In this document: positions 19,872 to 28,280 of the stretch, one piece after another | Layout: each line of letters begins with the position of its first letter | Numbering within the stretch: position 1 is the stretch's first letter | Source: Candidatus Anstonellaceae archaeon | GTDB taxonomy: Archaea; Micrarchaeota; Micrarchaeia; Anstonellales; Anstonellaceae | Assembly: GCA_038891055.1 (NCBI GenBank) | Contig: JAWAEU010000001.1 | Span: 1,475 to 65,474, forward strand | Length of the DNA: 64,000 bases | Direction of reading: 5' to 3' | Translations under genes and position numbers: made by a program | Notes under the pieces: generated by a model | Told to the model about the DNA's origin: nothing | Database searches by the model: none | Seen by the model: only the letters and a program-made list of their open reading frames with translations

Positions 19872-21346
19872 AGAAATTTTTTGTAATATTAGCACTATTG
19901 ATTGGAATAGTAGTTGCAGACATCTCTGTTTCCAATATAGTTACTAACCCAACTACAATTAGGCCCGGGACTATAGGCCTAATAACAATGACAATTACAA
20001 ATACGGATAATTCTGGAATAAATTCTGTTACTGCAGAACCTTCTCCACAATTCCCTCTAAAGGCAGGGCAGAAGTACTACTTAGGAGATTTTAAACCATC
20101 CAGTACCTCTACTTTTTCTTTTCCATTCTCGGTGGAACAGAATACAGATGGTGGAGTATTTTATATAAGCGTTAGGTTTACATGGGTTAATGGCAGTGGA
20201 GCTTTTGTAAAAACAATTCAAATTCCAATAGTTGTTAAAAACGAACCAATATTTTTGGTTGAGTCGAGTATGGAAAAGATAACTACGGAAGGAGAGTTTA
20301 CATTTCCTATTAAAATAACAAACAAGGGAGGAAAGGCAAAAAATATAAGAGTAGAAGTAAGCAGCCCTGATGTTTATGAAATTGGAAAAAACAAAAATAT
20401 TATCGAAAAATTAGAAAAAGATGAGCAAAAGGAAATAAAATTTTTACTATCAATGCTGGAAGATAGGGGTTCTGGTACTTACAACATTCCAATTAAAATT
20501 ACATATATAGATAGTACTGAAAAAGAAAATGAAGTTTTAGAACAAATAAAATTAATTATAATAAAAAAATCTCCAGAATTAAAAATAGAACTTCAACCTG
20601 GTCAGGTTTTAGAACCTGGTTCCAAAAAACCTCTAAGATTTTTAGTAAAAAATACTGGTGAAAAAACAGCATACTTTGTAAGAATAGGAATAGAAAACCA
20701 AACAGTATTGACTGTTTTGGAAGGAAATTATTTGGAGATTGGAGATCTTGAACCGAATTCTCAAAAAGAAATAGTTTTTAATGTTGGAATAAAGGACGTA
20801 ACTCCAGGATACTACACACAGCCATTTTACATAAAAACAAAGGACGAGAAAGGAAATGAAAAAATTCCTCAAATATATAACCTTGGCTTAGACATTTATG
20901 CAAAACCAAAGTTAAATGTATTTGTTTCTGGAAAACCAAGCCCTATGGAAACCAATCAGGATCATGTCCTAACAGTAATAGTTTCAAATGTGGGAATAAC
21001 TCCAATAAAATCATTAGTAGTTCAACTTCAATCGGAGGATTTTATATTGCAAGAAATTCAAAACGAGCAATATATTGGTTCATTAGCCGAAGATGATTTT
21101 TCTTCTGTACAATTTAAAATAAAGGCACCTGCAGAAGAAGGCAAAAAAACCCTTAATGTAAAACTAAAATTCTTAGATAATTATAATAATGAGCAAGTAA
21201 TAGAAAAACAAATAAATATAATGGTATATAAAAAGAAAGAGAATGGATTTAATCCACTTATTGGCCTTGCAGTGTTTATTGTCGCAGTTGTTTTAATTTG
21301 GTATTTCAAGCTAAGAAAAAGGAAAGATAAACATGCTGCCAAATGA
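19868..21346 (+). CDS. Secreted, C-terminally TM-anchored multi-domain (CARDB/Ig-like) protein encoded inside the ABC operon
   Basis: Signal peptide MKKFFVILALLIGIVVA, beta-rich repeated domains (…ITMTITNTDNSG…, …RFLVKNTGEKTAYFVRIG…, …TVIVSNVGITPIKS…) and a C-terminal TM plus basic tail. Translationally coupled to both flanking genes. Confidence 0.55.
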   Translation: MKKFFVILALLIGIVVADISVSNIVTNPTTIRPGTIGLITMTITNTDNSGINSVTAEPSPQFPLKAGQKYYLGDFKPSSTSTFSFPFSVEQNTDGGVFYISVRFTWVNGSGAFVKTIQIPIVVKNEPIFLVESSMEKITTEGEFTFPIKITNKGGKAKNIRVEVSSPDVYEIGKNKNIIEKLEKDEQKEIKFLLSMLEDRGSGTYNIPIKITYIDSTEKENEVLEQIKLIIIKKSPELKIELQPGQVLEPGSKKPLRFLVKNTGEKTAYFVRIGIENQTVLTVLEGNYLEIGDLEPNSQKEIVFNVGIKDVTPGYYTQPFYIKTKDEKGNEKIPQIYNLGLDIYAKPKLNVFVSGKPSPMETNQDHVLTVIVSNVGITPIKSLVVQLQSEDFILQEIQNEQYIGSLAEDDFSSVQFKIKAPAEEGKKTLNVKLKFLDNYNNEQVIEKQINIMVYKKKENGFNPLIGLAVFIVAVVLIWYFKLRKRKDKHAAK

Positions 21347-22562
21347 TATAATTCAATACGTTATAAAGTCTTTTAAGTATAGAAAATTGAGATCTTATCT
21401 GACACTTCTAGCAATTTTAATTGGAGTAGTGGCAGTAGTAGTCATAATTTCCATAAGTGATGGACTTATTGCTCAAATAAACGATCAGCTTCAGGCATTT
21501 GGCCCTAAAAATGGAGTTTTAGTAGCTGGAGATATTAGCAGGGGACCTACAATTCAGTCACAAAATTTTAGAGCTCCTCTAGAAGGAAAGATAACCACTA
21601 AAGATTATGAGACCATAAAAACCCATCCTGCAATAAAATATATAACAAAAAGAATAAATCTAAACACACAATTAGAATATAAAAAAAGAAATTTAACTGC
21701 AAGTGTTTGGGGAATAGAACCAGAGCAATTTTTTACAATGATGAATCTCTCTGTCCAAAAAGGTAGGATTATCTTACCTGGAGAAAAAAGTGTTGCTGTT
21801 GTTGGAGAAGCATTTACAGATAATACTATTTTTAAGGATAATCCCATCGAGATAGGTTCATTTATTTATTTAGGAAAAAACAAAAAAAAATTTAAAGTAG
21901 TAGGAGTGTTAGATCCAACAAACGTAGTAGCAAGAAATGGAATTTTAATAGCATTCGAAGATGCTAGAGATTTGGGGTTAGAAGAAGAAAAAATAATGAA
22001 AGACGAATTAAGTGCGGTTGCCTTTCAGGTTGCAGATGGTTATGAATTAAATGAAGTAGTTAGAGAATTAGAAGAAAAACTAAAAAGTTCAAGAAAGCTT
22101 CCACTAAATAAAAAAGATTTTACTATAGTTACTGCCGAATTTATCCTAAACCAGGTAATAACAATAATTGGGGCAGTAACTTTATTTTTGAGTTTTGTAT
22201 CTGGTTTGGCATTTTTTATAGGTAGCATAGGAATAGCAAATACACTATATATGGGAGTAGTAGAAAAAACAAAAGATATTGGGATCATGAGAGCAATTGG
22301 CGCTAGTAAAAAAGATATTGCAAAATTAGTAATTGTAGAGGGAGCAACATTTGGACTGATTGGAGGAATTTTAGGACTATTGGTTGGCTTTACAATAGCT
22401 CAAATAATAAATCAGTTTGGATTTAAAACAACTCTTGGTTTGCATGTTGCCTTTGCTGCTATCGCAGTAAGCACCTTGGTTGGTATTATTGCAAGTTACT
22501 ATCCTGCTAAAATAGCTGCAGAATTAGATCCAATAAAAGCTATATCTACCAATGTAAGATAA
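21333..22562 (+). CDS. ABC transporter permease, FtsX/MacB family
   Basis: N-terminal TM, large extracytoplasmic domain and a C-terminal FtsX-type 3-TM bundle (…FLSFVSGLAFFIGSIGIANTLYM…). Confidence 0.8.
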   Translation: MLPNDIIQYVIKSFKYRKLRSYLTLLAILIGVVAVVVIISISDGLIAQINDQLQAFGPKNGVLVAGDISRGPTIQSQNFRAPLEGKITTKDYETIKTHPAIKYITKRINLNTQLEYKKRNLTASVWGIEPEQFFTMMNLSVQKGRIILPGEKSVAVVGEAFTDNTIFKDNPIEIGSFIYLGKNKKKFKVVGVLDPTNVVARNGILIAFEDARDLGLEEEKIMKDELSAVAFQVADGYELNEVVRELEEKLKSSRKLPLNKKDFTIVTAEFILNQVITIIGAVTLFLSFVSGLAFFIGSIGIANTLYMGVVEKTKDIGIMRAIGASKKDIAKLVIVEGATFGLIGGILGLLVGFTIAQIINQFGFKTTLGLHVAFAAIAVSTLVGIIASYYPAKIAAELDPIKAISTNVR

Positions 22563-22563
22563 G

Positions 22564-23796
22564 GTGAAAAAATTGAAAATTGAAGATTATTTTTATTACA
22601 ATATAAAGACACTAAAACATTCTAAGATTTTAACTATTTTAACAATTTTTGGAATAATGATAGGTGTTTGGGCAATAATTTCTTTAATAGGGATTAGTGA
22701 AGGTCTAAAAAAAACTGTTGATGAACTAATAGAAGTATTTGGGCCAAACAACATTATAATAACACCAGGAAATACTTTTAGCCAAATAAGCTTTGGACCT
22801 ACAGTTAGGGCGAGTAGAGGAAAATTATTTGAAAAAGATATTCAAGCTATTTCCTCCATTGTCGGAATAAAAAAAATAGTGCCATTCTTGATTTCCCCTC
22901 TAGAAGTAAAATACAAAGATAAAGAAGTTAAAATAACAATTATAGGTTCTTACCCAGAAGAGCTTGACGAGATATATAAAGATTATTATGAAATTGAGGA
23001 GGGAAGAAAACTAAAAAATAATGACAAAAAAGTTGCTGTATTGGGAAGTAATATTGCTAAAGAAGTTTTTGATAAAGAAATCCTAGTTGGTCAAAAGATA
23101 TATATAGGAAGTCAAAAAGAGGAATTTTTTGTTGTAGGTATTTTTAAGAAAAAAGGTGGGCTGGAAGGAGTAGATGTAGATAATTCTATTTTTATAACTT
23201 ACGATGATGCAAAAAAACTTTTTAAATCAATAAAATTACAAAATGAGGTTGACAGTATTTTAGTAAATGTAGAAGAAGGGTTCGATGTAGAGAGCATCGC
23301 ACAGTTAATAGAATACAAATTAGCCTCATTACACAAAGTTAGTTTAGATGAAAAAGACTTTCTGGTCTCTACATCTAAAAATATAAAGGAAAGAATAGAT
23401 ACTATTAGTAATTTGCTATCAACTTTTTTAATAGGAATTGCTTCTATTTCTATTCTAGTTGGTGGAATTGGAATTACAAATACGATGTATTCTTCTATTT
23501 TGCAAAGAACATATGAGATAGGAGTATTGAGAGCTACAGGTGCTACAAAAAGAGACATATTGATTATTTTTCTACTAAATAGTGCAATCATAGGCCTGGC
23601 TGGAGGATTAGCTGCTTTGATAGGTTCTTGGATCTTATTTTTTATACTTGGATTTTTTGGTATTAAAGCGATTCTTTCCCTTCCATTAGCTCTTTTTTCC
23701 ATTCTATTTGGATTTATAATTGGTTTGGTCGCTGGTTATCCCCCAGCAAGGAAGGCGGCTGAAGTAGATCCTATCGAAAGTCTAAGATATGAATAA
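22564..23796 (+). CDS. ABC transporter permease, FtsX/MacB family (second copy)
   Basis: Same architecture as the upstream permease (…ILVGGIGITNTMYSSILQRTYEIGVLRATGATKRDI…). Confidence 0.8.
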   Translation: MKKLKIEDYFYYNIKTLKHSKILTILTIFGIMIGVWAIISLIGISEGLKKTVDELIEVFGPNNIIITPGNTFSQISFGPTVRASRGKLFEKDIQAISSIVGIKKIVPFLISPLEVKYKDKEVKITIIGSYPEELDEIYKDYYEIEEGRKLKNNDKKVAVLGSNIAKEVFDKEILVGQKIYIGSQKEEFFVVGIFKKKGGLEGVDVDNSIFITYDDAKKLFKSIKLQNEVDSILVNVEEGFDVESIAQLIEYKLASLHKVSLDEKDFLVSTSKNIKERIDTISNLLSTFLIGIASISILVGGIGITNTMYSSILQRTYEIGVLRATGATKRDILIIFLLNSAIIGLAGGLAALIGSWILFFILGFFGIKAILSLPLALFSILFGFIIGLVAGYPPARKAAEVDPIESLRYE

Positions 23797-24309
23797 TTAT
23801 TTTTTTAAAAGCTTTTTTAATATTTTTTTAGCAAATTCTTTATTTTTTTTGTTAATATCTAAAAATACTATTCCTCTATTTGGCTGTCCATAAAAAACAA
23901 AATCTTTTTTAGAACAAAAAATTAAAACCACCAAAGTCGCTAAATCCTCTTCTCCATCTACTTCTATAAAAATCTTTTTCTTTTTTTTCAAAGAGTCTTT
24001 TATTGCTCTAAATAGTTCTGGAGAAATAGAACCGGCAACGTTCCTAACTTTGATTAAATTTGTTGAATTAGAATAGATTAGCTCTAAATATTTTTTTGGG
24101 GTTGGTTTTCTTTTTATTTTTCTATCAAATATTGCCAAAGAAGGCACATGGCCCAAAGAGATAATGGAATAAGTAGATTCATCCCCAATAGTTATCAATT
24201 TTTTGTGTGGTTTTGATAAAAGCTTAAGCAACAAAGATTTGCTTTTATAAACTTTCCCATAGGGTTTAGATAATTTTTTTCTCAAAACTCTATCCATAAA
24301 AACCATCAT
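23797..24309 (-). CDS. GTP-dependent dephospho-CoA kinase (archaeal DUF359 family)
   Basis: ITIGDEST…AIFDRKIKRK…VDGEEDLATLVVL…YGQPNRGIV matches the DUF359 conserved blocks. 170 aa. Confidence 0.6.
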   Translation of the reverse strand: MMVFMDRVLRKKLSKPYGKVYKSKSLLLKLLSKPHKKLITIGDESTYSIISLGHVPSLAIFDRKIKRKPTPKKYLELIYSNSTNLIKVRNVAGSISPELFRAIKDSLKKKKKIFIEVDGEEDLATLVVLIFCSKKDFVFYGQPNRGIVFLDINKKNKEFAKKILKKLLKK

Positions 24310-25667
24310 TGGGGTTCTTTTTTCTTTGGAATTGATTTAAATATATCTGATGGCTTTATGTCCTTACCTTTTTTTAGCTCAGAAGAAACATCAGAAGCTG
24401 AAGGTTGAGGGGTTGAAGAAAACTTGTTTTTATAGAGGTAAAAAGCTACAACCATCACTATTAGAACAACAATAAACGACAGTAAAGAAGAAAAATCAAA
24501 TTTTGAAAAATCAAATAGACCTCTAATTGGCCCCTCCTCCTCTTTTGCTATTCCCTCATTTTTAGATGAACCTTCTAAAACAAAAACATCGGAGCTAATC
24601 AAAGTATTTCCTGCTGAATCAGTTGCCTCGATACTATACTTTATATTTTTAGTGGTAGAGTCAAGTTTTAAGATAGCTTCGTAGGTATTATAGCCCACAG
24701 AATACATTGGTAAAACCCTCTCTACATCTGGTGCAGGGTAGTACCTTACGTTTATTTTTGCTTTTGAGCCTTTAAATGATGAGGGATATTTGCCTGGATC
24801 TACAATTACTGCCCTTAATTGAATTAAATTTCCTTCGAGTTTTGTAGAGATATCCTCAATTTTTGGAGGGTGAGTATCCAAAACATAATTTATTGAATTT
24901 GTTTTAGAAAGATCAAATGTTTCAGAAAAAAGATACTTTTGATATGAAATCTCTGCCACTATTTTTGATTTTGTTAAGTTTTCAAATCGCACCAATCCTT
25001 CTTTATCTGTTCTATAAGAAAAAGGACCTACTGAGACTTTTACATTAGGAATTGGTACTCCATTATCATCAATTACTCTAAAATTGCAAGAATAAAGCTC
25101 AACATCTAAGTCCAATACCATATCTTTATTAACTGAAAATTTTTTTTCTTGATCTAAATCAAAAAATATTGGTCTTACAACATGGTCACCTGATGTTAGT
25201 ATAAATTCAGCAACCCCAGAATTATCAGTATAAAGCTCATAGGTAGAATCTATTAAAAGTTTTATTGAGAGAGGATTACGATCTTTAGTTTTTGTAATGA
25301 ACTTTACTAAATATGCGTCAATCATTACAGTTCTAGGCATAGAGCCAACATTTGCTCTAAATTTCTCCGAATAATTTTTTCCTTGATAGGAAACAAATAC
25401 AACATAATCATAATTAGTTAAATTTTGATTGAATTCAGTATTATATAACTTAAAATAAGCTCTTCCCCTTTCATTTGTAAATTGAATAGTAGTTGTGCCA
25501 TTCCCTTTTGCTCTTGAAATTTCCCAAACTATATAAACTACTGCATTTGGCACTGGTCTGCCCATTTTATCCAATACTCTAACCTCAACCTCTTCGTACC
25601 ATTCTGCGAAAATAGGAAAAATAAAAATATTAAAAAGGATTATTAAAAATAAAATTTTACAATTCAT
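24306..25667 (-). CDS. Cell-surface protein with carboxypeptidase-regulatory-like beta-sandwich repeats and C-terminal TM anchor
   Basis: Signal peptide MNCKILFLIILFNIFIFPIFA, repeats of the form V.V.D..G.PVPNA.V…T…G.A.F, and C-terminal TM SFIVVLIVMVVAFYLY. Confidence 0.5.
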   Translation of the reverse strand: MNCKILFLIILFNIFIFPIFAEWYEEVEVRVLDKMGRPVPNAVVYIVWEISRAKGNGTTTIQFTNERGRAYFKLYNTEFNQNLTNYDYVVFVSYQGKNYSEKFRANVGSMPRTVMIDAYLVKFITKTKDRNPLSIKLLIDSTYELYTDNSGVAEFILTSGDHVVRPIFFDLDQEKKFSVNKDMVLDLDVELYSCNFRVIDDNGVPIPNVKVSVGPFSYRTDKEGLVRFENLTKSKIVAEISYQKYLFSETFDLSKTNSINYVLDTHPPKIEDISTKLEGNLIQLRAVIVDPGKYPSSFKGSKAKINVRYYPAPDVERVLPMYSVGYNTYEAILKLDSTTKNIKYSIEATDSAGNTLISSDVFVLEGSSKNEGIAKEEEGPIRGLFDFSKFDFSSLLSFIVVLIVMVVAFYLYKNKFSSTPQPSASDVSSELKKGKDIKPSDIFKSIPKKKEPQ

Positions 25668-25838
25668 AAAATTTTAAAGAAGAAAAATTTTAAAAATAGA
25701 TAATGCTGCTAAATTATCCTGTTAATTTTCTTCTAATAATTTTTAGCATTTTTTGAACTTATTGAATATTGACTAATTTGCTAAAAAAAATATTAAATTA
25801 GAATCATAAAATTAGTGTAGAATAAAAAAATTTAATAT

Positions 25839-25950
25839 GTCAGCAACAACTGGCTTTCCCGCCAGATGGCAGTAACGGCCAGTCACAAGCAGGCTTAACT
25901 TCCGAGTTCGAAATGGGATCGGGTGTTACCCTGCTCTTATGGTCGCTGAC
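25839..25950 (-). rRNA. 5S ribosomal RNA
   Basis: Reverse strand GTCAGCGACCATAAGAGCAGGGTAACACCCGATCCCATTTCGAACTCGGAAGTTAAGCCTGCTTGTGACTGG…GTTGCTGAC contains the conserved CCGAUCCCAUUUCGAACUCGGAAGUUAAGC block, with terminal helix GUCAGC/GCUGAC. GC-rich island. A TATA-like element (TTTATATAA) lies ~25 nt upstream. Confidence 0.8.
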
Positions 25951-25985
25951 AAATATTATTATATAAAAAAAGATTTTTAAATATT

Positions 25986-26450
25986 TTATTTTTCATCTTC
26001 ACTAAAAGTAAATTCTTCCACTATCCTTTTCCAGTGGAAAATTTCATTTTCACTAAAAAATCTTTTTATTTCCTTTTTTGCAGTTTCAATACTATCTGAT
26101 GCATGAATAACATTAAATTGTGTAGAAATAGAAAAATCTCCTCTAATAGTGCCAGCAGGAGCCTTTTTTCCATCTGTTGGACCACAAAGTTGCCTGACGA
26201 TTTCAACTGCGGCTGGTCCCTCCACAACCATTGCAATAATTGGGCCTGACGTCATAAATTTCTCTAATGAAGGATAAAATGGTTTTGTTAGTAGATGTGA
26301 ATAATGCTCTCTGCATAGTTCTTTTGAAAGTTTTAACATTTTTAATCCGATCAATTTTAAGCCCTTTTGCTCTATTCTCTGTATTATGTTACCCAAAATT
26401 GCTCTTTGAAATGCATCTGGTTTTAATAAAACTAAAGTTTGTTCAATCAT
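25986..26450 (-). CDS. ndk: Nucleoside diphosphate kinase
   Basis: TLVLLKPDA and the active-site His motif NVIHASD. 154 aa. Confidence 0.9.
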   Translation of the reverse strand: MIEQTLVLLKPDAFQRAILGNIIQRIEQKGLKLIGLKMLKLSKELCREHYSHLLTKPFYPSLEKFMTSGPIIAMVVEGPAAVEIVRQLCGPTDGKKAPAGTIRGDFSISTQFNVIHASDSIETAKKEIKRFFSENEIFHWKRIVEEFTFSEDEK

Positions 26451-26518
26451 ACCTTCCCCTCACTCTATTTTATCAATAAAAGAATATAAAAACTCTTTTT
26501 TTGCCTACTTTTGTGTTT

Positions 26519-26803
26519 CTACTTTTGTTTTTGTTCTTTTGCTGCTTTCTGCATCTCTTTCTCTTTTAGTTTTTGTTCTATTTCTTTTGCTAATTCAGAT
26601 TCCTTTTTTTCTTTTTCTTTTTGTTTTTTTTCTAAGACGACTGTCTTTTTAGTCCATTTTACTAATCTACCATCTCTTCTTAATTTTATCATATTTTTTA
26701 AGGTTTTTGAATTCTTAAAATAAAAAATAGTTCCGTCCTTTTTTACATACATAATTCCCTTACCGCTGGGAATAAGTTCATTAGAAAATGAATCGTAAGG
26801 CAT
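26519..26803 (-). CDS. Ribosomal protein L24e-like (TRASH fold) with all four Zn-ligand Cys replaced and a long K/E-rich C-terminal tail
   Basis: IPSGKGIMYVKKDGTIFYFKNSK aligns to L24e IEPGTG.MFV.KDG…FCSSKC. Sits in the conserved L7Ae-S28e-L24e-ndk neighbourhood. Confidence 0.6.
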   Translation of the reverse strand: MPYDSFSNELIPSGKGIMYVKKDGTIFYFKNSKTLKNMIKLRRDGRLVKWTKKTVVLEKKQKEKEKKESELAKEIEQKLKEKEMQKAAKEQKQK

Positions 26804-26813
26804 TTTCTCTCAC

Positions 26814-27038
26814 CTATCTTGCCTTTATTTCTTTAGCTTCTCTTTCAGTTTCCATTAGTAAAATGATGTCCCCTACCCTAATTGGACCTTTTACGTTTCT
26901 TCTAATAACCCTTCCTTTGTCTTTTCCCTCTAATATCTTGCACATCACTTGATAAACTTCTCCATGAATACCTGTTTTTGTTTTCTTAACTTCGGTGATT
27001 TCTACTGCAACTGCTTCATCTACCATAAACACAAACAC
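26814..27038 (-). CDS. Ribosomal protein S28e
   Basis: [47 protein letters not shown] matches the S28e consensus. Confidence 0.85.
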   Translation of the reverse strand: MFVFMVDEAVAVEITEVKKTKTGIHGEVYQVMCKILEGKDKGRVIRRNVKGPIRVGDIILLMETEREAKEIKAR

Positions 27039-27053
27039 CTTCTAATAAAATAA

Positions 27054-27509
27054 CTACTTTTTCTTTTTGCTCTCTTTTGGAGCCTTTTGTGCTGATTGCT
27101 CTTTTTTCTCTTCTTTAGTTTCCTCTTTTGATTTTTGTAAATTAACTCCACAAAGAGGAGCAACTCTATTTATTATTGAATCTAAGAGTTCCTGGGCATT
27201 TCCCCCAGATTCAACAGAAGCTGCAGAACAAGGAACTGCCAATCCAAGAGCCCCACCTAAATCTTTTTTTGTAGGTACATATAAAAATGGAACATTGTAT
27301 TCTTTGCACAATGCTGGCAAGTGCATCACTACTTCTTGTGGCTCTACATCAGAAGCTATGACTACCAATAAAGACCTCTTTGCCTCAATTGATTTTGTGG
27401 TCTCATTTGCTCCTTTTTTTACTCTCCCTGATTCAGAAGCTATTGTAAGAGCTTCTAGTGTTTTTGCAACTATTTCTTTTGGGGTTTCATACAAAATATA
27501 GCTTGCCAT
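27054..27509 (-). CDS. Ribosomal protein L7Ae (K-turn binding protein) with Lys-rich C-terminal extension
   Basis: KKGANETTKSIE…LVVIASDVEPQEVVMHLPALCKEYNVPFLYVPTKKDLG matches the L7Ae/L30e core. Confidence 0.85.
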   Translation of the reverse strand: MASYILYETPKEIVAKTLEALTIASESGRVKKGANETTKSIEAKRSLLVVIASDVEPQEVVMHLPALCKEYNVPFLYVPTKKDLGGALGLAVPCSAASVESGGNAQELLDSIINRVAPLCGVNLQKSKEETKEEKKEQSAQKAPKESKKKK

Positions 27510-27577
27510 TTATGGCTCACCTCATTTTATTAGGCTCATAGCTAGAAATGAGCAATAATATTTAGATATATATTTGT

Positions 27578-28057
27578 TTAAAAATCTATCGTGTTGCAGT
27601 ATTTGAGTTTTTCTTTTAGATAATCTTTTACCTCGCTGGAAAAATTCCTATTTTTATCTACTAAGAGTAAATTATTTGAGTCTAGCAATTCTAAAGTGTC
27701 TATAGCTTTTTTAGAAAGTGCAATGTCTAAATCAAAATAAATAAGCCTTTTGATAAAAAATACCAACTTATCTTTTTGGATATCTCCAACAAAATTTTTA
27801 CCATTTTGTTTGAATTCTTTTGCAATATCCTCTAAAGCAGCATTTGCTAAAGAAATATCTGCCTTCCTGGCTGAAAATTTCAAAATAATCATATAGTTTT
27901 CAAATTTTTTAGTTATGCATTCTTCTAATCTGGTTTGCTCTAACAGTGCTTTGTGATAAAAGTAACTCTTAAGAGAAACGGTGTGAGGATTTTTTGGCCA
28001 AACTCCTCTTTTAAAAAGTGCTCTAAAAGAATTTCGATTTGGCCTATACTCGTTCAT
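27578..28057 (-). CDS. Hypothetical protein
   Basis: ORF on the same strand as the r-protein cluster. The track start at 28153 overlaps tRNA-Met; the internal ATG at 28057 (MNEYRPN…) is used. Confidence 0.4.
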   Translation of the reverse strand: MNEYRPNRNSFRALFKRGVWPKNPHTVSLKSYFYHKALLEQTRLEECITKKFENYMIILKFSARKADISLANAALEDIAKEFKQNGKNFVGDIQKDKLVFFIKRLIYFDLDIALSKKAIDTLELLDSNNLLLVDKNRNFSSEVKDYLKEKLKYCNTIDF

Positions 28058-28091
28058 AACACCACCACTTAAATATTTTTGTTTTAACTTA

Positions 28092-28224
28092 TGCCAAGGG
28101 GGGGATTTGAACCCCCGACTTCCAGATTTCTCAACGTGCCAAAAATATATCATTGCAAAAGCTCAACACTCATAAATAAAAATTTATGAGTCTGGCACTC
28201 TAAACCAGGCTGAGTTACCTTGGC
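28092..28224 (-). tRNA. tRNA-Met or tRNA-Ile2 (anticodon CAT), elongator type, with a ~57-nt intron at the canonical 37/38 position
   Basis: Reverse strand reads GCCAAGG-TA-ACTC…GAGT-G-CCAGA-CTCATA[A-intron…GAGAAA]TCTGG-AAGTC-GGGGGTTCAAATCCCCC-CCTTGGC-A. The intron segment TTTATGAGT can pair with the anticodon loop ACTCATAAA, as expected for a BHB splice structure. 133 nt total. Confidence 0.75.
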
Positions 28225-28280
28225 ATATAATTATATATTATCCATTTGGTTTTTTATTTTATCTATTTATAAATTTTAAT

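Noticed and set aside
26511-26723. Plus-strand 70-aa ORF (CFYFCFCSFAAFCISFSFSFCS…)
   Set aside because: It is antisense to the L24e gene and is a low-complexity Phe/Ser/Cys translation of the K/E-rich tail's reverse strand.
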